Below are positions 30,016-40,549 of a stretch of DNA of 64,000 bases, in pieces. This DNA comes from a virus (Duplodnaviria > Caudoviricetes). The stretch spans positions 64,001 through 128,000 of IMG/VR virus record IMGVR_UViG_3300029305_005724; one strand, 5' to 3'. How positions within the stretch are numbered: position 1 is the stretch's first letter; every line of letters begins with the position of its first letter. The notes beneath the pieces are model-generated. The model ran no database searches. It saw only the letters and a program-made list of their open reading frames with translations, and was not told the DNA's origin. Made by a program: the position numbers and the translations under genes.

Positions 30016-30093
30016 ATATAATAGCTATATATTATAAAAATAAGAAGTACGAAACTTCTTAATAAAAAAAAATAAATTTTGGAGGACTACGAA

Positions 30094-30684
30094 ATGGAAC
30101 ACATTGTAAGTTTTAAGAACAACAAGAAGCATGAATGTGATTGTGGCGAAAACTGTTCTTGTAATAAAAATACAGCTGTTGCTGCAAAAATCACATATCA
30201 AGAAGTAGCTATGGGCAAGATCAATCAGCTCATGGACTATGAGCAGACTCTATTCGAAGGAGTTCTTCCTAGAATGGAAGAAGCTCAGTTTAGAATTAGT
30301 GATGAAGGATATTTTGTAAGACCTAAGAATTGCGAAGCTCCGCAGCTTGCGGCTTATTTTCCTGCAATGGCTCTTCATGGTGTTAGCCACGAACCTCATA
30401 GTTGCGCAATGACTATGATTGCTGCTACGGATAAAGGTCTTAGGTATGCACTTCCTGAAGAAGATGGTAAGATTGCAGATGGTGGGCTTGTTTGTACACC
30501 TTGTATGATTGGAAATGCTCAGAGACCTAGTGCTCTTCTTATTCCTCTTGCTCATCCTGATATTGTTAGAGATGGCGTTGAGATTGCTATGCAGATTCAT
30601 AATAATATGCTGGATCAGATTGACGCTATGAAAAATGGATTGAGCGATAATGCGGAGCATATTGCTGTAAACATTCCTGATTAA
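30094..30684 (+). CDS. Early hypothetical protein with Cys-rich N-terminus
   Basis: ATG at 30094 after GGAGG; early-type promoter at 30022-30043; HECDCGENCSC. Confidence 0.75.
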   Translation: MEHIVSFKNNKKHECDCGENCSCNKNTAVAAKITYQEVAMGKINQLMDYEQTLFEGVLPRMEEAQFRISDEGYFVRPKNCEAPQLAAYFPAMALHGVSHEPHSCAMTMIAATDKGLRYALPEEDGKIADGGLVCTPCMIGNAQRPSALLIPLAHPDIVRDGVEIAMQIHNNMLDQIDAMKNGLSDNAEHIAVNIPD

Positions 30685-30809
30685 GCTTTTATCATAAAGG
30701 CAGAAGTAGAAAAGGCTTCTGCCTTTATTTTTTTTTCTAAAGTCATTGAATTACTTTACTTGACGTCTAACTTATAAATAATCAAAAATAGAGGGAGGCG
30801 GCAACTAGC

Positions 30810-33221
30810 ATGAAACAAGCACAAGTTAAAGATATTAATAATAGATTGCATTGTCTTACCAAAATCAATAATGCTCAGTCACAGAATAAGAATCGTTCTT
30901 TTCTAGAAGGAGCACAATTTGTTTTGAAACAAAACAGACCAGGAGATATTAAGCGGCACATTGAGGCGGCCGCTTATTCAAATCGTGAAGTTCCATTTTA
31001 TGCAGTAATGGAACTATTCGATGCTTTAGCTATAAATGGGACTCCTAGCGATATTTCTAAAATGGCAAGCATTATTGCAGAAAATATTGTTCCTAAAACC
31101 AGAAATGCTAAAGAGATGCAAACTTTGATGAAACGCAAAAATACTTCTATTGCTCATAAAGTATATGCTAATTATGATCGTAAAGATGGCCATACAAGCG
31201 GAGGAATAAATTCTTCTAAAGCCGTAGCTGATCAGAAAAAAGCAGAACAAAATACTGCTGCTATCAAAGAAGGGTATCAAACCATTCTTGATGAAATCAA
31301 TATTTGTATTGCTTGCGATAGAGTTCTAGAAAACTATAATAGGATTTCGAAAAGATTTAATCTTGAGTATCTTATTAATGAAAATACAAAGCATAATGGT
31401 GTTAAAGACACCATAGTCGAATTATGCACAAGAATTGATACATATGAAATGCCAAATGCTGTAAAATTTAATACAGTTATTGAAACAGCGCTATATGGAT
31501 TCAGTCAGAATAATATTGAATTCAATAAATCTGATATTATAGAAACTGCATTGAATTACTTTGCGTTCAAGCCAAATGGTTTAAAAGAATGCGGAGAAGT
31601 TATGGATGCTACTATTTTCTATGATAAGGAATCTGATAGCAATGATAATATTAAAATGCTAATGGAAGATCAACCGGAAGATGATAGAAACGATATTCAA
31701 GAGCAGATTTCTGCATTTTATGCTGGAACAATTTCTGAATCTGTTGAATTCTCAGAATTATTCAATAAATTTAAGAAAGAAGAAGCATCTAAAGATGAAA
31801 AAACTCTTATGACTCGTTTTAAGTCATTAATTTCTAAGCTTTATGCTAGAAACGTAAATAGCGTTGTAGAAGACACCCCTGATCTTTTACAGTGGATTAG
31901 ATCTTTCTTTATTATTGGATCTGCTGCAATTCCGATCGTTGGCCCTATTTGTATGATTATAGGGTTTATTGCAGATAGATTTATTTCTATTCATATGAAT
32001 AGAGAAGAGTCTGAAAAAATGGCTAAATACTTTGCTAATGAAATAAAAGCTAGTAAAGCAAAATTGGAGAGCTCTAATAATGCTGAAGATAAGGAGAGAC
32101 TTGAAAAATATATTAAATCTCTTGAAGAAGCTCATGAAAAGATTACTATGTATTACATGGATCTTCGTGGGGATAATGAAGAGTACGAAATTCCTAGTGC
32201 TGAATCTAATAAAGATGAATTTGATTTCGATGATGATTTCTTCGATGATGAATTCGAAGATGATGATCTTTTAGAGTCGGTTTTCTTTAAGAAAAGTGCT
32301 AAATTAACAGAAGCTGTTGGAGAGTTCGTGCTCGATAATCCGCTTTCTGATTCTTCTATTTATAATCTTGCTTCAGAAGCAGATGATGAAGATCTTATAA
32401 ACCTATGTAGTCTCGCTACAATGTATCCTGATGAATTCCACAAGGATTCAATTTGCCAGGCTATTAGAGATAAATTAGTAGATATCAGATCTGATAAAAT
32501 AGTTTTCGAATCTACAATATCTAGAGTTACAAAGATTGCTGCACTATATGATGCTCTCAATATTCTTGAGTCTAATTCTATATCAACTAATGATCCACAT
32601 TCGTTGAAAGATATGATGATGAAAGTTTATTACTTTGGAGAGGCATATCAAGCAGTTGTAAGAATGAGTAATGCAATTGCTGAGAAGAATAATTCTATTC
32701 TTGAAGCATCTTTTGGTAATAGTATTAAGCTTGCATCGTTAAAACTTAAACAGGCTATGACAAAGCTAAAAGATAAGGATAAGCAAATTTCTCGAAATAT
32801 CGATATTAGCATGAATAACTTTAAGAAATCGGCAGAAAGAGCACTTACAAATGATAATAGAGAAGCCATTATCAAAGGAAGTGTATTGCCTTCTGCATCA
32901 AAGATTGTAAAGATAGCACTTGCTACTGGAATCACGGCTCTCATTAATCCCGTAATTGCAGTAATTGGCCTACTTGGATATCTCGGATGCTCTGCTAAAT
33001 TTAAAGCAAAAGAGCGTCAGATGATTATTGATGAGCTAGAGATCGAGTTGAAAATGTGTCAAAAGTATATTGATATTGCTGAGCAGAAAAATGATATGAA
33101 GGCTCTTAAACAGTTGCTTCAAACTCAGAGAGAGCTTGAGCGTCAGAAACAGCGTATTAAATATAAAATGCAAGTTGACTTTGGTCAAAAGTATTATGAT
33201 GCTAAGTCTGATGATGACTAA
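30810..33221 (+). CDS. Large head/internal virion protein
   Basis: 803 aa; late promoter at 30769-30780; ISES, LLES, LTEA, VFES, ILES, ILEA sites; two hydrophobic hairpins. Confidence 0.6.
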   Translation: MKQAQVKDINNRLHCLTKINNAQSQNKNRSFLEGAQFVLKQNRPGDIKRHIEAAAYSNREVPFYAVMELFDALAINGTPSDISKMASIIAENIVPKTRNAKEMQTLMKRKNTSIAHKVYANYDRKDGHTSGGINSSKAVADQKKAEQNTAAIKEGYQTILDEINICIACDRVLENYNRISKRFNLEYLINENTKHNGVKDTIVELCTRIDTYEMPNAVKFNTVIETALYGFSQNNIEFNKSDIIETALNYFAFKPNGLKECGEVMDATIFYDKESDSNDNIKMLMEDQPEDDRNDIQEQISAFYAGTISESVEFSELFNKFKKEEASKDEKTLMTRFKSLISKLYARNVNSVVEDTPDLLQWIRSFFIIGSAAIPIVGPICMIIGFIADRFISIHMNREESEKMAKYFANEIKASKAKLESSNNAEDKERLEKYIKSLEEAHEKITMYYMDLRGDNEEYEIPSAESNKDEFDFDDDFFDDEFEDDDLLESVFFKKSAKLTEAVGEFVLDNPLSDSSIYNLASEADDEDLINLCSLATMYPDEFHKDSICQAIRDKLVDIRSDKIVFESTISRVTKIAALYDALNILESNSISTNDPHSLKDMMMKVYYFGEAYQAVVRMSNAIAEKNNSILEASFGNSIKLASLKLKQAMTKLKDKDKQISRNIDISMNNFKKSAERALTNDNREAIIKGSVLPSASKIVKIALATGITALINPVIAVIGLLGYLGCSAKFKAKERQMIIDELEIELKMCQKYIDIAEQKNDMKALKQLLQTQRELERQKQRIKYKMQVDFGQKYYDAKSDDD

Positions 33222-33313
33222 TACAAAAGGAAGGATCTTTTTGATCCTTCCTTTTTATTTATGCTGGTTCAACATTAAATTAAATATTTTTCAGAAAAGG
33301 AGGAAAACTTTAT

Positions 33314-34036
33314 ATGGGTCTTTTCTTTCCAAGATATAAGGTAAAACCACTTAATGAAGTAGAATTAGACGGTCAATCTTCTGAAAATGAAGATGGTACT
33401 GAAGGTACTACAGACTATAGTGCTCAAGCTGAAGATGGAGACAATACTACAGCTACTACGGAAGAGCCTACCGATAATAATGATAATCCCCCTGAAGACC
33501 AAAGCACTTCTAATAATGAAGAGGATAATACTTCAGCAGATGATACTGGTTTAGGTGATGGTATGGAAAATCCAGAGGATGATTCTACAGATTATTCTGC
33601 CATGGGAGATGAGGGAAGTAATGATAATACTAATGATAATAACAGTAATAGTACACCCTCGACAAATAACGATGGCGAACAAAGTTCTATAGATGAACTT
33701 AAACGTCAAGAAGAAGAAATGTACGCAGATTTAACTCCTGAGCAATTAGATATCAAACATCGTGAACTGAAGACTCAATTCTTATCAATGTTTGATTTGA
33801 CAACTCAGATTATTGAAAGAATTAATGATGCTGCAACAACAGAAGAAAATATGCCTATTATAGAATTTGTATCTAATAAGCTCTCTTCGCTTAGAGACAT
33901 GATGACAGATTATATAAATAGTGTATATAAAACTAAGTCTTATATTGAAAATTCCATTAATTATAATAAATTTCTTGCTATTTTGAACGGAATTAATAAA
34001 ATTCTAGAGGAAATGAATCAAAAAGAAGTTAAATAA
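33314..34036 (+). CDS. Acidic scaffold/core-like head protein
   Basis: D/E/N-rich N-terminus and helical C-terminus; upstream of the capsid gene; promoter at 33271-33282. Confidence 0.55.
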   Translation: MGLFFPRYKVKPLNEVELDGQSSENEDGTEGTTDYSAQAEDGDNTTATTEEPTDNNDNPPEDQSTSNNEEDNTSADDTGLGDGMENPEDDSTDYSAMGDEGSNDNTNDNNSNSTPSTNNDGEQSSIDELKRQEEEMYADLTPEQLDIKHRELKTQFLSMFDLTTQIIERINDAATTEENMPIIEFVSNKLSSLRDMMTDYINSVYKTKSYIENSINYNKFLAILNGINKILEEMNQKEVK

Positions 34037-34060
34037 TGTTTTTCAATTCTGACTTATCAT

Positions 34061-34072
34061 AACATCATGGTA
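34061..34072 (+). promoter_or_regulatory. Late-type promoter of the capsid gene
   Basis: AACATCATGGTA. Confidence 0.7.
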
Positions 34073-34142
34073 AAAATATTGTCCGTAATCAGGGCGTATT
34101 TGAAACATCTTATATTAAGCTTAATAGAAAGGAGCATTTAAT

Positions 34143-35930
34143 ATGCCTGTAATTGGTAATCGCAGATCCACGGCTTCCATGGGCGACGGTTATATGCATG
34201 ATTCCATTTATGCATTTGCCGAGAGCTTTAGAGAAGTCGCTAAGGATATTTACAACGAAGGCGTAGATCTGTTCCTGGAGCCCTATAAGGCTCTTCAGAA
34301 CGGAGCTACCAAGAATGCACTTAAGAATTTCTATATGGAGAATTCTTTCGATGCAAACGAGTTTTCCGCAGTTAACCCTGGTCATGCAGCAGAGCTTGCT
34401 GAAGATGCTCAGGCTATGATGGAGGCTCAGTTCGAGAATGACCTCGAAGCTATCTACGAGCACACTAACGTTGGTGCTATGAACCCTGTTATCGGTATGA
34501 CGTTCCCGCTTCATAAGAATATCCTTATGAACAACGTATTCGATAAGGGCGCTATTCCGAAGTTTGTTGCTCGTGAACCTAAGTTCACCATTTCCCTTGA
34601 GCAGAGAATTCTTCAGACTCCCGATGGTCAGGAGATCGATATGTTCAAGGAGCAGTACAAGATCCATGACGCGATCGCTGCTACTGCACCCTACAAGGAA
34701 GTAGAGATGACTCTTCCTCAGACCGAGGGCGCTACTGATGTTCTTGCTGAGATCGGTGCTACCGGTGAGGATAATCTCTCTATCGAGACTCACATTTCGG
34801 CTGTTAAGGTTACTGGCGTTCATCTTGAGGCTGGTGACTACAACCCCGAGACTGGTGAGGAGATCACCACTGCTGGCGAGTACTCTTTCTGGGCACCCGT
34901 TAAGCTCGAGTTCACTCCTTCTTACGGCGAGATTGACCGCATCATCGCTTCTCAGGTAGTTATTATCGGTAAGGATGCTGCAAATGCTGGCCAGAAGAAA
35001 GAGTATAAGGACGTTATCACCGGCTTTATGCGTAACAACAAGTTCATGCTGAACGGTTCTACCGGTCTCGTAACTGCTGTTAAGCTTAACGCTCGTATCG
35101 ATACTTCTTCCGCAATGCTCAAGACCTGCAGCGTTCGTTGGAAGGTTAACACCGATATCGTTGAAATCGGTTCGGCTACTCCTATCAACACGACTGTATC
35201 TCCTGAGGAAGTTAAGGACGTTGGAGCTCTTTACAATGTAAATCAGCTCTCTAAGGTTCTCTCCCTCATGAAGACTGTTCTTGGCGAGTACAAGGATACT
35301 TCTATCAAGAATCAGCTTGATCAGTCCTTCCTCCGTATGCCCGAGACCAACAAGTTCTCGACTACGTTTGACTTCGCTCCTCGTCAGGGCTATGCTCTTG
35401 ATCACGTTGAGTGGCGTCATAAGACGTTCATGGACTACCTTGACAGTGTTTGCACTGGTCTCTTCCAGGTTCTGAACGATCCTAATATGACGGTTTCTAT
35501 CTTCGGTGCTCCTGATCTTATTCGTAAGATCACTCCTACCGAGTATACTTATCAGACTCCTTCTAACATCGGTCCTGTTGAGCTTGACTTCGTAAAGACC
35601 GTTGTTACTTCGGACAAGAGAGTATATCAGTTCATCGCATCTGATAAGCTCCGTGGTAACGCAAACCTCATCATCGTACTCTGCCCCAGAAATACGAATC
35701 GTATTGTATATCGTATTTACGACTACCAGCTGTACGTATCGAATGAGATCCGTAACATGGTTAACCCTGCACTTCCCGCTGTACATGCGTTCGAGCGTTG
35801 GAAGTTCGTAGAGTATCAGCCTGTTCAGGGTCGTATCCAGATTAAGCATCCTACCGGCCTTGCTGAGATCGCTCCTAACGAGGATCCTATCGGCGGTCGT
35901 TTCATGAATGACTTTAATCTTCTTAAGTAA
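34143..35930 (+). CDS. Major capsid protein
   Basis: 595 aa with strong high-expression codon bias; propeptide-like N-terminus; lies in the head module near protease and terminase; terminator at 35959-35996. Confidence 0.8.
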   Translation: MPVIGNRRSTASMGDGYMHDSIYAFAESFREVAKDIYNEGVDLFLEPYKALQNGATKNALKNFYMENSFDANEFSAVNPGHAAELAEDAQAMMEAQFENDLEAIYEHTNVGAMNPVIGMTFPLHKNILMNNVFDKGAIPKFVAREPKFTISLEQRILQTPDGQEIDMFKEQYKIHDAIAATAPYKEVEMTLPQTEGATDVLAEIGATGEDNLSIETHISAVKVTGVHLEAGDYNPETGEEITTAGEYSFWAPVKLEFTPSYGEIDRIIASQVVIIGKDAANAGQKKEYKDVITGFMRNNKFMLNGSTGLVTAVKLNARIDTSSAMLKTCSVRWKVNTDIVEIGSATPINTTVSPEEVKDVGALYNVNQLSKVLSLMKTVLGEYKDTSIKNQLDQSFLRMPETNKFSTTFDFAPRQGYALDHVEWRHKTFMDYLDSVCTGLFQVLNDPNMTVSIFGAPDLIRKITPTEYTYQTPSNIGPVELDFVKTVVTSDKRVYQFIASDKLRGNANLIIVLCPRNTNRIVYRIYDYQLYVSNEIRNMVNPALPAVHAFERWKFVEYQPVQGRIQIKHPTGLAEIAPNEDPIGGRFMNDFNLLK

Positions 35931-36070
35931 TTAAGAAAGATACACTCTAAATAAAAATAAGACAAGAGGGCTTCGGCTCTCTTGTCTTTTTCTTTTATTA
36001 GCTGTCAACTATTAAATAATCTTATATTTACGATATAATGAAAAATCCCAAGATTGGAGGAAACACAATC

Positions 36071-37243
36071 ATGAATAAAATAAATTATGATTTCGGTGAA
36101 TTTCATAATGTGTTCGAAAGCATGCGCACGAAATCTAATGCTACTCCCGATGAATTGAAAACTCTGAAATATGAGCTTAATAGATTCTTCGATGATTCTA
36201 CGTGTAAAGATGTACTTTATACAAATAATCTTGACAATATGTTTTTCGGTATCAAGATAATTCCTATGATCGATGCAGACGAAATTTATGAATATCTGGC
36301 AGACAATGAGAAGATTCGTATTGAGAGCTACATCGTAGAGATCGATTCCAAACTTCTTAATCCTATTATTGATCTTAATAAGTTTGAGCTTACTGCCATT
36401 CTCCTCGAAGAGGTTGCTAAGATGGTTGGCGACTCTACTCCTATGGAAAATGCTCGCAATGCTCTTACACTCTATCTCTCTTCTAATAGAACTCATATTA
36501 AGATTTCTCAGTCTGTTCATTATAAGGAACTTCTTGCTTATGGCTTGAAAGACTATTTGTCGAAGTGTACCTCGCTATTCTATAAAGATGATATTACCGA
36601 TGTTAATAGTGATGAATTTGCGATCAGTTATTGTCTCGTAGACCATCTGATTTCAGGATATAACAAGATCAAGGGTGATAATCTCAAACTATATCAGGAT
36701 AGCGAAATCAGTAAGTTTATTGTATTTAGCTGGGCTTTGAGCTTGTATAATAATATTAAAATTCATAGAGTTGGTGCTCTTAAGACATTGGCTAGATCTA
36801 AGTCTCTTACTGGTTCTAGACTTGAAAAGATGGAAATAGATAACGTTATTCGTAGAATTCAGAGAATTGATGATAGCGTTGTTCTGGAAGCTGCTGAAAC
36901 GACGAGTGGCATCCGCCTTAAGATTAAGGAAAAACTTAAGAAGGCTCGTTTGAATAATCTTCGTACTATTGACAGCACTTTTTATGAGCTGTCTATGCAG
37001 GTAAGAAATGTAGAAGATGAGCATGATGCTCTCTATCTCATGAGACAGATTAACAACTGTATTTCTATTATCGATGAGTACAAGAATCTTCAAGACTGTG
37101 ATGAGTATGAGCAAAATAAGTGGAAAGAAGCATATGATAAGTTCGTACAGCTTCGTGACAAACTTTCCAGTACTGTCGTATATAAGAATAAACACTACGG
37201 AATTTTCGTAAATTACCCGGATATTGTAGAGAATCGTTATTAA
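36071..37243 (+). CDS. Putative head protein
   Basis: ATG at 36071 after GGAGG; promoter at 36007-36018; VFES and VLEA sites. Confidence 0.6.
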   Translation: MNKINYDFGEFHNVFESMRTKSNATPDELKTLKYELNRFFDDSTCKDVLYTNNLDNMFFGIKIIPMIDADEIYEYLADNEKIRIESYIVEIDSKLLNPIIDLNKFELTAILLEEVAKMVGDSTPMENARNALTLYLSSNRTHIKISQSVHYKELLAYGLKDYLSKCTSLFYKDDITDVNSDEFAISYCLVDHLISGYNKIKGDNLKLYQDSEISKFIVFSWALSLYNNIKIHRVGALKTLARSKSLTGSRLEKMEIDNVIRRIQRIDDSVVLEAAETTSGIRLKIKEKLKKARLNNLRTIDSTFYELSMQVRNVEDEHDALYLMRQINNCISIIDEYKNLQDCDEYEQNKWKEAYDKFVQLRDKLSSTVVYKNKHYGIFVNYPDIVENRY

Positions 37244-37252
37244 CAATAAAGT

Positions 37253-37394
37253 AAAAGTTACTATCTCCCTGCCGTGATGGAACTTTGCCGTAAACCGCGT
37301 GTTTGTGTTTTCATGTTGTTGTTCGATTTTCTCCTCCGTGTAAGTTTATATTTAAAATACCAGTAGAGGCATAGCCTCTACTGGTATGATTTTT
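37253..37394 (+). ncRNA. Candidate anti-RBS sRNA C (~140 nt)
   Basis: Promoter AACAATAAAGTA (37242-37253), 5' hairpin, tract GUGUUUUCAU...UUUUCUCCUCC, terminator stem at 37357-37387. Confidence 0.5.
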
Positions 37395-37395
37395 G

Positions 37396-37767
37396 TTACT
37401 CTATATATCTTCCAATAATTTGTGGTTTAGTTATGTCCCCTCCAATAAATACAACTATCCACTTTGAGCCTGCTGGAATATAATCAGAATAATCATCAAT
37501 GCATAATGCTTTATTAAGCGGTATTTCAACATAATTACTTATAGTAATATTAGAAATTTCTAGGGCTGTCTTTTTTGTATTTCTTAAATTGCCAGGATTT
37601 TGATGAATTATATTAGATACTTTTTTAGAGTTATCTAGCGATGGCGTTAATATTGGTATAGAGAATTTAACCAATCCAGGATTGGTTTTATTTATGTCTT
37701 CCAGAGCTATAGCTATTTCTGGGTATTTCAAATCTAAATTATCATAAAAATTATTCATTGTTTGCAT
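37396..37767 (-). CDS. Baseplate spike-type OB-fold protein (gp5/GpV N-terminal-like)
   Basis: IPAGSKWIVVFIGGDITKPQIIG matches the PxxGxxVxVxFxxGDxxxPxIxG pattern. Confidence 0.65.
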   Translation of the reverse strand: MQTMNNFYDNLDLKYPEIAIALEDINKTNPGLVKFSIPILTPSLDNSKKVSNIIHQNPGNLRNTKKTALEISNITISNYVEIPLNKALCIDDYSDYIPAGSKWIVVFIGGDITKPQIIGRYIE

Positions 37768-37867
37768 ATATCCTCACCTCTCTATTAATTATAAGTTAAA
37801 GGATATTAATTTATAAGAGCCTTAACTTTAAAATAAAAATTTTATAGATTAAAGGAGAATAATAACT

Positions 37868-38899
37868 ATGATTTGCTATCATCACACGGACGCAGATGGA
37901 CATTCTGCAGCTTATAACGTACTAAGAGGATCAAAAATTGTTTGCGTACCGGATTTCTTTAAACCTACGAATTATGGTGATAAGTTTGATAAGCATAAAG
38001 ATACTGATACAGTTTATATTGTAGACGTATCATTTACTGAACCGACTTATCCTGATCTTATTAACATTTGCAAAACAGCTAGACGAGTTTATTGGATCGA
38101 TCATCATCAGTCTTCTCTTGATGTAATTGCTGCTCATAAAGATGAACTACAGAAGATGAAGAATTTGGTATACTTTGTATCTAAAGATTATTGTGGAGCA
38201 GCTCTTACTTATGCATTCTTTAAAATCAAGGACAATATTATGGATAGAGTTATTAATCGTAATATTGAAACTGATTCTTATGAAATTAAAACCATCTATG
38301 TCAACCCCAAGCATAATGAACTTATTACTGTACAAGTAGTTGTCAAGGGACCCACATCTTCAGATTATGAAATGCATAATATTGAAGTTCAGGTTCCTAA
38401 ATGGCTTCGTCATATTGATGATTATGATGCTTGGAAAAAGATCTATCCTGAAACTGAAAAGATTATTAATGGATTTAATTGTCATGAATGGAATCTTGTT
38501 AATGACGATAAATTCAATATTGATTTTTGGACTAAATTTACAACTGAAGATAATTATATTACCAATCTTTTCAATATGGGTAAAACAATCTCAATGTATA
38601 ATGAACGCAGATTTAATGAAGAATTGAGCGCAACATATGAACTTGAATACAATGGTACAAAGTTCTTATGCAAAAATGGCCATGGCAATTCTTATAACTT
38701 TGCAGACAAGATTTATAAATATGATGCTGTTATTCTTTATCATTTTGAAGGTAGCATTATGAAATATCTATATAGTGTATATTCTTCTGATGCATCATCT
38801 TTTGATTGTAAAGCATTTTGCGAAAAATTCGGTGGTGGAGGTCACTTCCACGCATCTGGCTTTTCAAATGAAAAATCTCCGCTTGAACTTCTTAAATAA
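37868..38899 (+). CDS. DHH/DHHA1 phosphoesterase
   Basis: HTDADG, IVDVS, IDHH and GGGGH motifs. Confidence 0.9.
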   Translation: MICYHHTDADGHSAAYNVLRGSKIVCVPDFFKPTNYGDKFDKHKDTDTVYIVDVSFTEPTYPDLINICKTARRVYWIDHHQSSLDVIAAHKDELQKMKNLVYFVSKDYCGAALTYAFFKIKDNIMDRVINRNIETDSYEIKTIYVNPKHNELITVQVVVKGPTSSDYEMHNIEVQVPKWLRHIDDYDAWKKIYPETEKIINGFNCHEWNLVNDDKFNIDFWTKFTTEDNYITNLFNMGKTISMYNERRFNEELSATYELEYNGTKFLCKNGHGNSYNFADKIYKYDAVILYHFEGSIMKYLYSVYSSDASSFDCKAFCEKFGGGGHFHASGFSNEKSPLELLK

Positions 38900-38988
38900 G
38901 CCTAATTTGGGCGGTTTAGGATAATTAAGAATTTACAACAACAAAAACTTATATATAATCAAAATTTAAAAATTTGGAGGACTTCAAA

Positions 38989-39798
38989 ATGGCATTTGGA
39001 AGCACTTACAACAACAATCAGCAGGCTGCTGCAAAAAGTGGACCTGAGGTAACCATTTATTCTGGTTATCGTATGAACAATGCAGAATCTAAAATCGATC
39101 CTACTTGTCTTACTTTTAGATTCTGGAAGAGCAATCTTTGTGTCGGAATTTTCCCTAAGAAGAATACCGGCAATGATGAAGTATCTTTTGATATGGACAA
39201 TGGTATTACCATTTATTTGTCTCATACAAAAGCTCGTATTCTCGCTAATGAGCTTAGGCTTTTCCTTAGCGACCCTGTATCTTATAATGCAGTTGGCGTT
39301 CCTTCTGGTTCTGCAGCTATTAGTATTTCTAATGGTAGCGAATATGGAAAGAATACCCCTGTATTGACAATTCGTAAAGTAAGCGAGACTGGTGAAGTAG
39401 TAGCAAGTTTTGCTTATGAATTTAAGACGAATTTCCATTTTGCTATTCGTAATTATGATGGAAAGAATTTTGATTCTGCATATGATGACTATAAGAATCT
39501 TGAAATTGAGCAGTTTATCACTGTTCTTGAAGAGTATGTTAAGGCATCTACTAATGCAGTAGCATTTACAGTAATGGATCAGCGTAAATATTCTCAGGCA
39601 CGTATGGAAAACAAGATTGATGCTATTGCATCTAATCTTGGAATTGATACAGCTAGATCTTCTGGTTCTTCTCGTCGTTTCAGTGGCAACACATATTTCA
39701 ATAATGCATCTGGTGGTAATTCTAGTAATTCTGGCAGCAATAATTATTCCTCGAATGTAAGCTATGGTGCTGCAACCATCGATGATCTTGAAGATTGA
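38989..39798 (+). CDS. Putative single-stranded DNA-binding protein
   Basis: Beta-rich core, G/S/N-rich linker and acidic tip IDDLED, which is SSB-like architecture; ATG at 38989. Confidence 0.5.
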   Translation: MAFGSTYNNNQQAAAKSGPEVTIYSGYRMNNAESKIDPTCLTFRFWKSNLCVGIFPKKNTGNDEVSFDMDNGITIYLSHTKARILANELRLFLSDPVSYNAVGVPSGSAAISISNGSEYGKNTPVLTIRKVSETGEVVASFAYEFKTNFHFAIRNYDGKNFDSAYDDYKNLEIEQFITVLEEYVKASTNAVAFTVMDQRKYSQARMENKIDAIASNLGIDTARSSGSSRRFSGNTYFNNASGGNSSNSGSNNYSSNVSYGAATIDDLED

Positions 39799-39866
39799 TA
39801 ATAAAGCAATTCGAGAGTTGATCTTTCATAGATCAACTCTCTTTTTATTTTAAGGAGGTATAGTCA

Positions 39867-40526
39867 ATGTCTGGAACAAATTCAGTACTATTTGATTTCT
39901 ATTCTCTTGTGGATAAAAAACTATCTGTTATTAAGTATATTGCTGGAGAATATAGAGATGCTGCTCTTAATCATTTTGATAAAGATAGAATACTATATAC
40001 ACCAAATGATACTTGGATATTTGATAGACTTTATAATCCGGAAGATGTATTCAGATCTATAATTTCCGATGTAAGTAAGAAAGATTCTTATGAAAAAATA
40101 ATGGAAATGATTATAAATAGAGATGAAGGAAACATATGGAAGAAATATGCATTCCAAACATCTTTAAATAGACTTATTACTGCTTATGCTAAAGCTGGTA
40201 ATGGTGTTATAAAAACAGCAGTTCAGTGCGAAAACGAATTGCAAAAAGAATATATCCAAAAACTATATCCAGATACTCCTATTGAACTCGGTAGTAGAGA
40301 AAATATTGATATGGAGAAATATGGTAGACTTATAGTTGGAGATTATAAGGATGCTTTAAAATATAAATTAGAAGGTCCAAAGAGTATTCTAGTTTTAAAT
40401 TTTAGAGAAAACTTTACTCCTGGAGATATTACACAATTAAACCCTGAACTTATTATTAGTTTAGGCGATATTCATGATATCGAAGTTGTATCCGCATATA
40501 CCAATGAATTTGATATCAAAGGCTAA
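39867..40526 (+). CDS. Hypothetical protein (possible degenerate HAD fold)
   Basis: AAGGAGG RBS; N-terminal VLFDFYSLVD. Confidence 0.6.
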   Translation: MSGTNSVLFDFYSLVDKKLSVIKYIAGEYRDAALNHFDKDRILYTPNDTWIFDRLYNPEDVFRSIISDVSKKDSYEKIMEMIINRDEGNIWKKYAFQTSLNRLITAYAKAGNGVIKTAVQCENELQKEYIQKLYPDTPIELGSRENIDMEKYGRLIVGDYKDALKYKLEGPKSILVLNFRENFTPGDITQLNPELIISLGDIHDIEVVSAYTNEFDIKG

Positions 40527-40549
40527 ATTTATAAAAAGGAGAACGGCAT

